Positions 40,049 through 50,369 of a DNA stretch of 64,000 nt are shown piece after piece (positions within the stretch are counted from its first letter, which is position 1; each line of letters starts with the position of its first letter). A program made the position numbers and the translations under genes. The notes under the pieces were generated by a model. It made no database searches. It was given only the letters and a program-made list of their open reading frames with translations, and was not told the origin of the DNA. Origin of the DNA: Corallochytrium limacisporum Hawaii (Eukaryota > Protista > Pluriformea); the NCBI GenBank assembly GCA_002811645.1, contig PDIP01000041.1, positions 24,688-88,687 of the forward strand, read 5' to 3'.

Positions 40049-43000
40049 ATGAGTCACCGGAACAAGGGACTATTGTCCCTTGACTCAGACGACGACGAAG
40101 ATGATCTCACCCTATTCGGGGCGCAACCAAAGCCGGCATCACCTGCACCGCAGAGGGTCTTGAAGAAACCTACTGTGAGCAATGGGGATGGAGATCCACT
40201 TGAGTCTCTCGCGCGACAAGCCCGTGAAAAGCGCGAGGAGGAAGAAAAACAGAAAGCACTGGAGCGCCAGAAGGAAGCAGAGCGCCAGGCAGAGGTTGCT
40301 GAACGACGACGGCAGTTCCAATTGCAACAACAGCAGCAACAACAACAGGAGAGGCAGGCAGCGATGGCAAGGACCCGTCAGGAGGATGAGCAACAGGCTC
40401 TTCAGCAGCAGAAAAGATTACGAGAGCAAGCTAGACACCATCAGGAACAGCAGGCAGCGCAGCAAGCTGCAGCACAGAAAGCCAGAATGGATGCACAACA
40501 AGCACATAATCCCCCTGCGGGTTCTGGAAACGCACCTGCAGCAGCACCAGGAGGAGGTCAATCTACAGGGGCATTGGGAAAATTTAAGTCCTTCTTTGAT
40601 GGGTCGAGCAAAACACAGCCGACAGGCGAAGAGACACAGCGGCAGCATCAGACAGCAGCGGGAAACAGTCAACCGCAGACTCAAGGTGCAGCCCCTGCCC
40701 AACAACAGGTACCCAGTCACCCCACAGCTGCGCCAGTGTTACAGCACCAGGCACCGACCATTCCAGCCCCAAAAACCCGGGTTGTATCCGGGACGGCGGA
40801 TCAGCAGGTACCAGCTGAGAGCCAAGTCGAAGGACCGCTTGGAGAGAACGGAGAAGCTCCCGACGAAGCAAGTGGCGACGGCGGCAGCGACAAGGAACGC
40901 CTGGAAGTCGACGGTGACAATGTTTCAGACACGCAAAGCATGACGCGCAGTGAAGAACTTGGAGACTTTGAAACGAAGATGATGGAGCAGGACCAGCGGC
41001 TGTACAGCCACACTGATACCACGAAAATCATCTCCAACGAAGAGGCAGCCAAAAGGCGGGATGAAGAGATTGCGAAGCAGAGCAGGTTCTTCTCTCGCTT
41101 TATGACGACGAAGTCAGCTTGGCGGGGTAAGTATAAGCGTATATTTGCTGTTGGATGGAACACAATTGCAACAGTGAATCCGGCAACCCTTGAAATCACC
41201 AACGTGTGGCCATTCAAAGACGAATTTGTTAACATTACCCCGTCCGGGAAATCTACAGAAGAGTTCACTTTGCACCTTCGCAAAGGCGCTGGTAGCACGA
41301 AAACGACCACATTGACCTTTTTGAGTCCCCACCGCGCGGATATTCTGACAGATTGTCAGCGATTCCGCAGTCAGTGGTATGATCAAAAGTGCAGTCCTGT
41401 GAGAGGATTCGAGGTGAGTGACAAGGTTTGGGGGGCCAGCTTCGTAGGATTCAAGTACGGCTGGAAGGGACGAAGTGATAAGTTCATGCTGCGGGTGAAT
41501 GCCCATGGATTGCAAAAGGTAACCATAGATGGGACCAGGGTGGTTAGTGAGTATTTGTACAAGGACATTGTGGGTATTCATCTTCTTGATGATGTCGATG
41601 GCATCGTGGTCGTAACGAGTTCAGAACGCAAGAGGCTTCACATTATTGAGGTGCCAGACCAGCGTAACACTCTGCTACAGGCTATCTCGGACATCGCTAA
41701 CAAGTGTATTGGTATCTCAATCCCAGTATTGACTCCTATGCGAATCCATGACGCAGTGGATAAGCGCCTGGGTGCCTTTGCAGCAGAGAAGGATATTATC
41801 AGTGTGTCGGAGTTTATAGTCCACAAGGCCCTAGACCACGTGGAACAGCCCGTGCGGCGAGTCATGGGTGTATCGCGGACCTGCATTGTCGAGCGCAACC
41901 CATCCACCTACGATGTCATCACCACCAGACCACTAGACTCAATGTTGGTTTTGGTAAGGCCCGAAGAGGATCCACAGAAGTTCACAATTCAGTACCGGGA
42001 TGGCAGTGAAAGGACATACGTCACTACTGGGCGGGACACGGTTCTAGCAAGCATGCTGGATGCCGCCAAGTCAATGGGAAATATCAATTTGAGTGTGCAG
42101 ATGGGCAAGATTCAACGCGGTAATCGTATCGATCCATTCCACGCTTCTGTCGATCAGGAAATGGAGTCTCTGCTGATGAAGTCCATCATCGCGTACGACG
42201 TACAGATGTCAAATCCGAATCGATCGGGACTGCAGAAACTCTTGCCTGACAATTCGGACATGCCCATCATTTCTTTCGAGAGTTTGCTGATCGTCTTCAA
42301 TGCAAACGTGGACTTTGCTGGTTTAACCTATGCCGATCAGGATGACAAGGGCCTCTTTGCTACCCCAAAAGATAAACTGATCCAGCAGTGTGCGGTTGCC
42401 GTTCTGAACCGAATAACCCACATCCTCGGGGACGGTGAACTTGGACCGCGTTGTATGGCAGAAGGGTTCTGTGCGCTGCGAAGGCTTTCTACCTCCAAGG
42501 CCGGCTTTGAAACCTTTACTCAGGTTACTCCATATCGGGAGGCCATGGGCAGACTCATGATTACTGCCATGAAGTACGGCAACGCAGGAGCCATCTTCGC
42601 CGCCGTTGACTGCCTAATAGCTCTCATCCATCCCATGCACCACGGCTACGACTTATATATTGAGCAGATGAACAAGAGCGCCATTTTGAGTTCACCGACC
42701 TTTGTGCGCCGCCTACTAATGGTACTGAGTGAGCACGCTCGCACCGGAAGTGGTGACCTGGTGGTGTCCAGTCTGCTTGACTTCTTTACATTTGCATGCT
42801 GCATGCCGTATAGCGAGACCACTTTAGAGAAGGATTTCAAGAGTGTGCTGCGGATGATTGTGGAGTACTCGGGACGGGCAATCAGTCGTTTGTTCAACCA
42901 CCCTTCAACGTCAATTGTGCGCAGCGCTGGTCTTCTAACCAAGGCGGCGATTGAAGAGGGTGACGAGGCCACGCGCATTCGCATGCAGAACTTTGCCCTT

Positions 43001-46000
43001 AGCGAAGGATCCTTCCTGCAGCACCTGTGTAATGCACTATTCCTGGATTCCCAGGACCGCAAGCAGGCCATGCTGCGGGAGCTTTCGCTGCGCCTGCTGG
43101 CTTTGTGGACTGCCGGTTCAGCAGAGGCTAGGAGCTTGTGTAAGAGAGTGTTTCCATTGGGCCTCATTCTGTTCCTACAAAGCGAAGAACGGGCCCCAGA
43201 TTCGTACTACGCGGAACATGTGATTGAACGTGAGGTGACTGAAGCAGAGAAGAAAAACAAGAGTTCCCTTTGGCAGCACTGGGCCGATCGTCTGGGGTTC
43301 AAGAGCAGGAACCGCGTCACTGCTGATGGAGAGCCAGTGACTGTAGGTAAGGGTGGCAAGACCCGTACTGTGGTACTGCGCAAGCCGGAAGAATCCAAAT
43401 ACCTGCGTCTGCCCAACTGGGGTATGCTGTGCTACCAAGCTCACAAGAACCACACGCGCTTCGACTTGATCTGGAACCAGAAGACCCGCCAGGAGCTTCG
43501 TGAGGGACTTGAGCTCGAACTGCGTACATTCCACCAGAACAGGGAAACCAGCGGCATGCAGCTGATCAGCTGGAATTACCGAGAGTTTGAGGTCGTCTAT
43601 CCATCGCTCAAGAAGGAATTGCGCATCGGATCATACTACCTTCGTGTGCTACTGGATGCACCAAGTGAAGATGATGCCTTCTCCCTAGGTACAAACATTC
43701 AGGAACCGAGGACTTTCTTCAATGACCTGTACCACCGTTTCTTACTAGCCGAGGAACCTGGTATGAAGTCATTGGCTCTGAAGGCCATGACCGTCGTGTA
43801 CGCAAAGTGTTCAGAAGAAATTGGCACCTTCAACGATTCAGAGCACTTTGTGAGGCTGCTGAATCTGTGTGGAGATCGGATCCTGCGTGATCGTCTGTTG
43901 CTCTTCATTGAACAGCTGTTGCTTTCTCGTGAGAATGCAAAGTTGTTGATCAGTGCGGGCGGTGTCAAAACATTAGTGGATTTGATGACCCTGGCACACG
44001 GGAATGCAGACAAGACATCTAACCCTCTGCCATCCAACCTCATTGAGACCAACATGGACGCCGATTCATACGGTTCCAAAGAGTGGTACTACCGGGACGA
44101 AGGGGACGACAAGGGCGACAAGTATGGCCCCATTAGCATCTCGGAAATGTCTGAGAAATTCGAGCAGGGCGATATCACGGCTCGTACCAAGCTCTGGGCT
44201 CAGGGTATGGCCGGATGGAAGCGCATGGAAGATATTGTACAGCTGCGCTGGAAGTTCCTATGTGATGATCGCCAAGGAGTCATGGCAGAGACAGATATGG
44301 CAGCGCTGTGCCTGCGCATGCTCACAAAAATGGTCGATTTCTATCCCACCCGAGAGGAAGATGGCAGTCTGATCCGTCCAATCGCTCGTGTCAAGCGGGT
44401 TTTGTGCGATGCCGAATGCTTGCCGCACATTTGCCAGATTTTGCTTACCTTTGCACCGAAGGTCGTTGAGAGTGCCACTTTGCTGCTTGACAAGCTCATG
44501 GATGACAACCCGTCAATGCCCACCCTGTACCATACCGGTGTCTTCTTTTTCGCGCTCATGTACACAGGTAGCAATGTTCTAGGACTGTCTGAATTCCTCT
44601 CCCAGACCCACAAGAGCCAAACCTTCCGAGTTTCCAGAGCTATGTATGCCGACGATGACGACGCGGACACCACGTCTTCAGAGCTGGAAACCCACAGTAT
44701 CCTCAACTTCCTGCTCCCCAAGGCTCTAGTTATGTACCTGGATCACCATGGCCCCAAGAGATTTGCTGAAGCATTCCTCGGCGACTTTGATAATCCTGAA
44801 GTCATTTGGAATCACGAGATGCGCCGTCACATGATCAATCGCATTGCTCTGCACATTTCAGAGTACACCCCGCGGTTGCGCAGCAACTCGCGGGCCATTT
44901 ATCGTTACCACCCAATTCCTACCATCAGTTACCCGACACTGGAGGACGAGCTTTTCTGTGGCAGCTACTATCTGAAACATTTGTGTGACACTGTGCGATT
45001 CCCGGACTGGCCCATCCGTGATCCCGTCACGCTGTTGCGTGAGATTCTTGAGGCCTGGCGCACGGAGACCAACAAAAAGGGCGGTAGCATGAATACCAAG
45101 TCAGCCTTGAACGTTCTGGGCATCGACCCGGACTCGGACTACGACGAACGTAAGATCCGCAGGGCCTACTTCAAGCTTGCGGCGGAGTACCATCCAGACA
45201 AGAACCCGGACGGTCGGGAAATGTTCAACGCCATATCGGATGCGTATGACTTTCTGTGCAGTAACAAAAAGAACCAGTTGCAAGGGCCGGATCCGAAACG
45301 GATCAAATTGCTTCTCAAGGCCCAAGCTCTGCTGTTCAAGCAGCACCGCTCTCTTCTTAAGGACTACAAGTATGCGGGGTACGCCATGCTCATCAAGACC
45401 CTTGCAAAGGAACTAGAGGACCCGGAGCTCTTCACGAATCCGGACTCCCTCCTGAGCCCGGCCCTAGAGGTTGTACGATGGACCCTGCAAAGCAGTCAGC
45501 TCAATGTTATCGAATTTCACCAGGGTCAAGGTGTGCGCTATCTGGTCACGGCCATGGAGAAGTGCATGGATCGCATCAGCATCGAAGCAACTGAAGATAT
45601 GACCGAAGTTCCGGCTTGTGCCAATGTCATGCACTCCATGGCTGCTTGTGCAGGTCACAAGGAGAGCCTGGTGGAGATTGCTGGCCATCCAGTGGTCGTT
45701 CGAGACACAGCGCGCTGTGCTCATTTGTCCAAAGCTCCCAGTCTGCAGGAGGCTTCAATCACCGCCATGATCAGTTTCTCCCGCATGAAGGAGCCCCAGG
45801 AGATCATCTACCGCGCCGGTGCGCTGTGGTATATTCTCCCCTTGCTATTCAAGTACGACTTCACTCTGGATGAGAGTGGCATTGACAAATCCAAGGAGAG
45901 CAATCGTCAAGAGGTCAATAACCACCTTGCGCGGCTGTCCGTCACGGCTCTGTACGCGTTGAGTGGCCTGAAGAGCGTGGATCCCGCCGAGGTTGACACG

Positions 46001-48100
46001 GACAACTTGGGTGTCCGGGCAAAGGCGCCCTTCCAAACACCGACCAATGCTCAGGCTCAGGTGGCCATGTACCAAATGCTAACACCGGCCATGATCGAGG
46101 TGGTCATTAAGAGCGAAGCAAATGAGTCTCTGAAGACCATGAATTCCAACAGTGAGTCACCGTACCTGATTTGGAACAGCAACATGCGCACTGAGTTGGT
46201 GCAGTTCTGTGAGACCATGTCAGAACAGTCCTTCAGCCGCAGCCAGGACGAGACCTTGGCCGACGAATGGAACAGCTTCCAACACCGCGGTCTCGGAGAA
46301 GAACCCGTCATTGGCAATGTTTACATTCGCCTCTACAACCGCAATCCAAGCCAGAAGCTGACAGACGTGGACGGTTTCACGCATGCGCTGCTAGCTTGGC
46401 TTGGCACCTACCACGCCAAGACAGTCTGCCCGTCTGCACCACCGAAGACGGCACCATCAGGAGCCAAGGCCGAAGGCGGAGACGACGACGCTGCTGCTGC
46501 TGCTGCTGCTGCTGAGGAGGAGGAAGCCAATGAGCACCGCACTGCTCTAGAGGCCGTAATCGCACTCAAAAACGTTTGGCATTACACGCCGGTTGAAAAC
46601 CTCATCTTGCCGTCGTCGCTATACTCGCTGCTGGAGCTGCTCTTGCACGCAGCGGACGACGACCCGATTCCTCGTCCTTTGGTCGAGGCTTTCAATTACG
46701 CTGCAGGCCATGGCTCGTTTGCAGCTCTGATTGAGAAAGACCGCGGGTCTGTCCCCGCCCTCCTCTACACTATGCGCCGCGATGCTTTGAACACCGGCCG
46801 TCTGATCCAGGCCATTGCCATCACCAACGCAAACGTCACCGAGCTGATGCGCCACGGAGGGCATGTGTACCTATTGCACCAGTTCGTCTCCAGCACGGAC
46901 TCCGAACTGCGTCAAGCAGCTGCCACGGCAGTGGGACGATTGGTGAGCAACCGACTAATAGGACCAAAGATTCTCATTGCCTGCCGCAAGTTCTTGCCGT
47001 CGGTGATGGTCGAGACCATGGCAGAGGGTGCCGAACAGGCTGTTGCCCTGTACGAGAGCGACCAAGAGAACCCTGAATTGATTTGGAATTCGGAGGCGCG
47101 CGAGGCGGTGAATGCTGCCATTGGCGGCGTGCTTGCCGAATGGCAGGCTGCGCAGGCTGCCAAACTTGCCGAGGGTGCTGCTCGCAAGCGGCACGGCGAG
47201 AGTCTAAAGGCCTTGGCACAGCTGGAATTCGCCGTGCCGGACAGCTTTGAATGCCCCTATGCACGCCTGTCCGATGATTTCATGGTCGCTGGTGTGTACA
47301 TCGGCATGTTCATACGCACGCCCTCTTGGACTCTACGCCAGCCTAAGGAGTTCCTCAAAGGTCTGCTGGATGAATTCGTCATTATGGCGGAGCGGGATGA
47401 CAAGGTCAGAGACTTAATTGCCACCGCTTTAATGCTGATTGTTGATACGAACCAGACCCTACGTGACCAAGTGGCTGTACTCGGTGCTGTCCCAGGCATC
47501 TTTGGCAAAATGACTTCGAGTAGCAAGGGAACCAAATTGTCAGCACTGGAAATTGCCAACAAACTCTGCGAGAGCCCGTTGGTTGTGGAGAGCACGGTGC
47601 AGTTTACCGCCGCAGAGATTTTGACCAATGTCATGGCCACGGAGCTCGACCACGCAGGCATTGCGGCCGACACACTGCGCAAGATTGTGGCCAGGGACAC
47701 AAGCGTATCCTGCATTACTCTGGAGAAGCTGCGCGCTGCGAACACAGTGCCAGTTGCATTGCGAATCCTCGAGCAACCACTGGCAGATCTCCCGAATGCG
47801 TCAACGGTTAAGGCGCAGATTGTCAAATTCTTGAAAGAATTGGAGGACCATTCAGGAGCGGCCGAACGATTCGGTGATCTCTTCAAGAATAGTGATGTAT
47901 GGGCTCTGTACAATGAGCAGAACCACGAAATGTTTATTACTTCGAACCAAGTTGGTGGTTATCTTACCAGTGGGCTGAAGGAGCAGCAAAAATTCATCAC
48001 ACAGTCTGGAGAAACACGTTCTGCCAGTGCTGCCATCGCCTCTGAACCACCGCCGATGGATGACGACGACAGTGATGATGATGCCATTCCCCACTACTAG
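40049..48100 (+). CDS. DNAJC13: RME-8 / DNAJC13 endosomal J-domain protein
   Basis: 2683 aa. TKSAWRGKYKRIF N-terminal signature, four IWN repeats, GYF_2 domain (EWYY...YGP), J domain (YHPDKNPDG), and C-terminal W-LY-EQNH-MFIT. Confidence 0.96.
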   Translation: MSHRNKGLLSLDSDDDEDDLTLFGAQPKPASPAPQRVLKKPTVSNGDGDPLESLARQAREKREEEEKQKALERQKEAERQAEVAERRRQFQLQQQQQQQQERQAAMARTRQEDEQQALQQQKRLREQARHHQEQQAAQQAAAQKARMDAQQAHNPPAGSGNAPAAAPGGGQSTGALGKFKSFFDGSSKTQPTGEETQRQHQTAAGNSQPQTQGAAPAQQQVPSHPTAAPVLQHQAPTIPAPKTRVVSGTADQQVPAESQVEGPLGENGEAPDEASGDGGSDKERLEVDGDNVSDTQSMTRSEELGDFETKMMEQDQRLYSHTDTTKIISNEEAAKRRDEEIAKQSRFFSRFMTTKSAWRGKYKRIFAVGWNTIATVNPATLEITNVWPFKDEFVNITPSGKSTEEFTLHLRKGAGSTKTTTLTFLSPHRADILTDCQRFRSQWYDQKCSPVRGFEVSDKVWGASFVGFKYGWKGRSDKFMLRVNAHGLQKVTIDGTRVVSEYLYKDIVGIHLLDDVDGIVVVTSSERKRLHIIEVPDQRNTLLQAISDIANKCIGISIPVLTPMRIHDAVDKRLGAFAAEKDIISVSEFIVHKALDHVEQPVRRVMGVSRTCIVERNPSTYDVITTRPLDSMLVLVRPEEDPQKFTIQYRDGSERTYVTTGRDTVLASMLDAAKSMGNINLSVQMGKIQRGNRIDPFHASVDQEMESLLMKSIIAYDVQMSNPNRSGLQKLLPDNSDMPIISFESLLIVFNANVDFAGLTYADQDDKGLFATPKDKLIQQCAVAVLNRITHILGDGELGPRCMAEGFCALRRLSTSKAGFETFTQVTPYREAMGRLMITAMKYGNAGAIFAAVDCLIALIHPMHHGYDLYIEQMNKSAILSSPTFVRRLLMVLSEHARTGSGDLVVSSLLDFFTFACCMPYSETTLEKDFKSVLRMIVEYSGRAISRLFNHPSTSIVRSAGLLTKAAIEEGDEATRIRMQNFALSEGSFLQHLCNALFLDSQDRKQAMLRELSLRLLALWTAGSAEARSLCKRVFPLGLILFLQSEERAPDSYYAEHVIEREVTEAEKKNKSSLWQHWADRLGFKSRNRVTADGEPVTVGKGGKTRTVVLRKPEESKYLRLPNWGMLCYQAHKNHTRFDLIWNQKTRQELREGLELELRTFHQNRETSGMQLISWNYREFEVVYPSLKKELRIGSYYLRVLLDAPSEDDAFSLGTNIQEPRTFFNDLYHRFLLAEEPGMKSLALKAMTVVYAKCSEEIGTFNDSEHFVRLLNLCGDRILRDRLLLFIEQLLLSRENAKLLISAGGVKTLVDLMTLAHGNADKTSNPLPSNLIETNMDADSYGSKEWYYRDEGDDKGDKYGPISISEMSEKFEQGDITARTKLWAQGMAGWKRMEDIVQLRWKFLCDDRQGVMAETDMAALCLRMLTKMVDFYPTREEDGSLIRPIARVKRVLCDAECLPHICQILLTFAPKVVESATLLLDKLMDDNPSMPTLYHTGVFFFALMYTGSNVLGLSEFLSQTHKSQTFRVSRAMYADDDDADTTSSELETHSILNFLLPKALVMYLDHHGPKRFAEAFLGDFDNPEVIWNHEMRRHMINRIALHISEYTPRLRSNSRAIYRYHPIPTISYPTLEDELFCGSYYLKHLCDTVRFPDWPIRDPVTLLREILEAWRTETNKKGGSMNTKSALNVLGIDPDSDYDERKIRRAYFKLAAEYHPDKNPDGREMFNAISDAYDFLCSNKKNQLQGPDPKRIKLLLKAQALLFKQHRSLLKDYKYAGYAMLIKTLAKELEDPELFTNPDSLLSPALEVVRWTLQSSQLNVIEFHQGQGVRYLVTAMEKCMDRISIEATEDMTEVPACANVMHSMAACAGHKESLVEIAGHPVVVRDTARCAHLSKAPSLQEASITAMISFSRMKEPQEIIYRAGALWYILPLLFKYDFTLDESGIDKSKESNRQEVNNHLARLSVTALYALSGLKSVDPAEVDTDNLGVRAKAPFQTPTNAQAQVAMYQMLTPAMIEVVIKSEANESLKTMNSNSESPYLIWNSNMRTELVQFCETMSEQSFSRSQDETLADEWNSFQHRGLGEEPVIGNVYIRLYNRNPSQKLTDVDGFTHALLAWLGTYHAKTVCPSAPPKTAPSGAKAEGGDDDAAAAAAAAEEEEANEHRTALEAVIALKNVWHYTPVENLILPSSLYSLLELLLHAADDDPIPRPLVEAFNYAAGHGSFAALIEKDRGSVPALLYTMRRDALNTGRLIQAIAITNANVTELMRHGGHVYLLHQFVSSTDSELRQAAATAVGRLVSNRLIGPKILIACRKFLPSVMVETMAEGAEQAVALYESDQENPELIWNSEAREAVNAAIGGVLAEWQAAQAAKLAEGAARKRHGESLKALAQLEFAVPDSFECPYARLSDDFMVAGVYIGMFIRTPSWTLRQPKEFLKGLLDEFVIMAERDDKVRDLIATALMLIVDTNQTLRDQVAVLGAVPGIFGKMTSSSKGTKLSALEIANKLCESPLVVESTVQFTAAEILTNVMATELDHAGIAADTLRKIVARDTSVSCITLEKLRAANTVPVALRILEQPLADLPNASTVKAQIVKFLKELEDHSGAAERFGDLFKNSDVWALYNEQNHEMFITSNQVGGYLTSGLKEQQKFITQSGETRSASAAIASEPPPMDDDDSDDDAIPHY

Positions 48101-48277
48101 GCAATAAACGCGCGCATACACCACATTGCCTACCTCTGTATCCATAGGAAAGCTCATAAATATATCACACACAGAGGTTTCCAAAAGGAGCCTTGTTTAT
48201 TTTGATTGTTGTCATGATGAGTATGTCGTCCATATACGATTTCAAAACATATGAATGATTAAGTGTTCTGGAATCCA

Positions 48278-49885
48278 CTACAGTTCAGCGCCATGCTCAT
48301 TGGCTTCCGCGTACTTGTGCTCGCGTCCTTCCCGCACAGCCTGGGCAATCATGGTCATAATGTAGCACACTATGATGACAATCCCGACGCGTGATGCATT
48401 AAAAAAGAAGTCCGAATCCAGCCTGAACGGCAACACGGGTTTTGAAGTAGTCACTTCAAACATACCCACTGTGGTTTCCCCGTTCGTCGGATCCCGCCGG
48501 GCCGCATTTGCTGCCTTAGAGGCTGATTCCTCTGCCTTCCGCATGGCATCGTCCGCACGCAGGGCACTCTCTTGGCCCTGCAGATACGCCAGCACAACAC
48601 TCTGTTGGAATTGGTTCCCAATCCAGGTTGTCAGGGCATCCGCCCGCTCCACGATACTCCGGTGGATCTGGCTCTGGCCATCCTCGAGCACTGAGTAGAA
48701 CCGGCCATCCTGCCAGATGCCTATGATCTTGTCACCAGAAGGTGATATCTCCATACCGCAACCGTGCCTCCGATTGCGTTCGAATTGGCCCACGTATACT
48801 TTCTTTGTTCCGCTGGCAGTCTTGGTGATCAGTCGTCCAAGTCCGTGCCGTCTGCCATCCTTCCACTGCCCAAGGTACCGATCCCCATTAGGTCGGGAAG
48901 CAATGCCATTGCCGTGCCGTTTACTACAAACATACTCGCCCATATAGTAGCTGTCGTCACGGCAAATGTACGTACCAAGACCGAAGGCCTGGCCCTGCTT
49001 CCACTGACCCGAATATATGTCGTATTCAGTAACCATGCAGCCATAGCCCGTCAGGTGCCCCCCCACAAAATCTCCTTTAACAATTTCATCGTTGTCCAGT
49101 ACCCGGACTCCATAGCCCTGCCTGAGCCCGGCAACGTACGCCCCCAGGTACTGATGTGCCTTCTGTGTTGTCTGCACGCCGTGCCCGTGCGGCAGACCAT
49201 TCTGCCATCGTCCGGCGTAGCTCTCCGAACCGACGTCGCAGAACACTCCATAGCCTTGGCGCATGCCGCTCTCGTCCATATCACCGCGGTAGGTCATGCG
49301 AATGCGCCCCAAATGATCACCGGAGAAGGCGTTCTGCTTCTTTGGCGACTCTGCTCGGGTGCCTCCCCGCACCAGTTCGACGAGACTATGCGTGAGGGAC
49401 CTGCGGCCACCACCCATCCGCGCATCGGTACCCAAACCGATGGCCTGCATCCAGGTCGCTATTCGCTGGTAGGAGTTACTCATACCGAGGGGTGATATTC
49501 TACCCTGTGTAGTGTCGCGTGACGTGGAGGCGCATTTGCCGGTCAGTGAGTTTTCGCCATCTCCCGGTTCGACATGTCCGGCCTTCTGACATGGTTTCAA
49601 TCCTTTTGCATCCAAATGCTCTTCCGAGACCTCCAATGACAATATCTTGGGCTTGCCGTTGCGAATCCTCCGCAGGCTCTCTGAGTCTCTGCGGAAGATA
49701 TCCTCGCCATGTGTGGGTATGTCCAGGTCATCGTAAGCTCCGGTTGGAATCACGGTGTTAGCAGCTGTTGTACGGCGCTGCTCCTTAGCAGACTCTGCAA
49801 TGGAAGTGTCAGAGAAGGCATTCCGTACCTCTGACAAGGAGCCAAGTCCTGCAGTATCTGCCATTAAGCACTCAGCCGCCGCCAT
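48278..49885 (-). CDS. MORN-repeat protein with C-terminal TM helix (junctophilin-like architecture)
   Basis: About nine YxGxWxxGxxHGxG repeats, then an Ala-rich helix (ALRADDAMRKAEESASKAANAARR), then hydrophobic VGIVIIVCYIMTMIAQAV near the C-terminus (48335-48388). Confidence 0.8.
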   Translation of the reverse strand: MAAAECLMADTAGLGSLSEVRNAFSDTSIAESAKEQRRTTAANTVIPTGAYDDLDIPTHGEDIFRRDSESLRRIRNGKPKILSLEVSEEHLDAKGLKPCQKAGHVEPGDGENSLTGKCASTSRDTTQGRISPLGMSNSYQRIATWMQAIGLGTDARMGGGRRSLTHSLVELVRGGTRAESPKKQNAFSGDHLGRIRMTYRGDMDESGMRQGYGVFCDVGSESYAGRWQNGLPHGHGVQTTQKAHQYLGAYVAGLRQGYGVRVLDNDEIVKGDFVGGHLTGYGCMVTEYDIYSGQWKQGQAFGLGTYICRDDSYYMGEYVCSKRHGNGIASRPNGDRYLGQWKDGRRHGLGRLITKTASGTKKVYVGQFERNRRHGCGMEISPSGDKIIGIWQDGRFYSVLEDGQSQIHRSIVERADALTTWIGNQFQQSVVLAYLQGQESALRADDAMRKAEESASKAANAARRDPTNGETTVGMFEVTTSKPVLPFRLDSDFFFNASRVGIVIIVCYIMTMIAQAVREGREHKYAEANEHGAEL

Positions 49886-50369
49886 TGACCAGAAATCCTA
49901 GGGGTACTTGTATGAACTAAGAACCAACCGTTTCTCAAAATGGCCAATGTAGAAAATACAGGTCTTCTGCTGTGTTATTATTTCCGGGAGGCCAGTTCTG
50001 GTTTCCTTTCAGGTCTGCTCCATCGCTTTGTGTTTTTCTGATTCACGTTCTTCGCTTCGGTAGTCGGTCGCTGGGAAGAAGCTAACGCCCTGGAAACCTT
50101 TGGCTTCACGAGGTCTTGGATTGACGCTTCCAGTTCTCAAGTAACCACACTGCGGTACGGTCGAGCGTGCGTGCCAAAAATACACCACACACACCTCATG
50201 GTGGGCCTTTTGCCATCGACGAATCAGTCTTTCGGGCGTTTGGTCCCAACCTGAGCCCTGAATCATCCTAAGAGAAGCAAAGATGAGCCATCCATCGGTG
50301 CGCAGTAATGGCAGTGCGACCGAGCAACAGCGTATTACAACAAATTTAAACACACTTTTTGCGCCGGCA

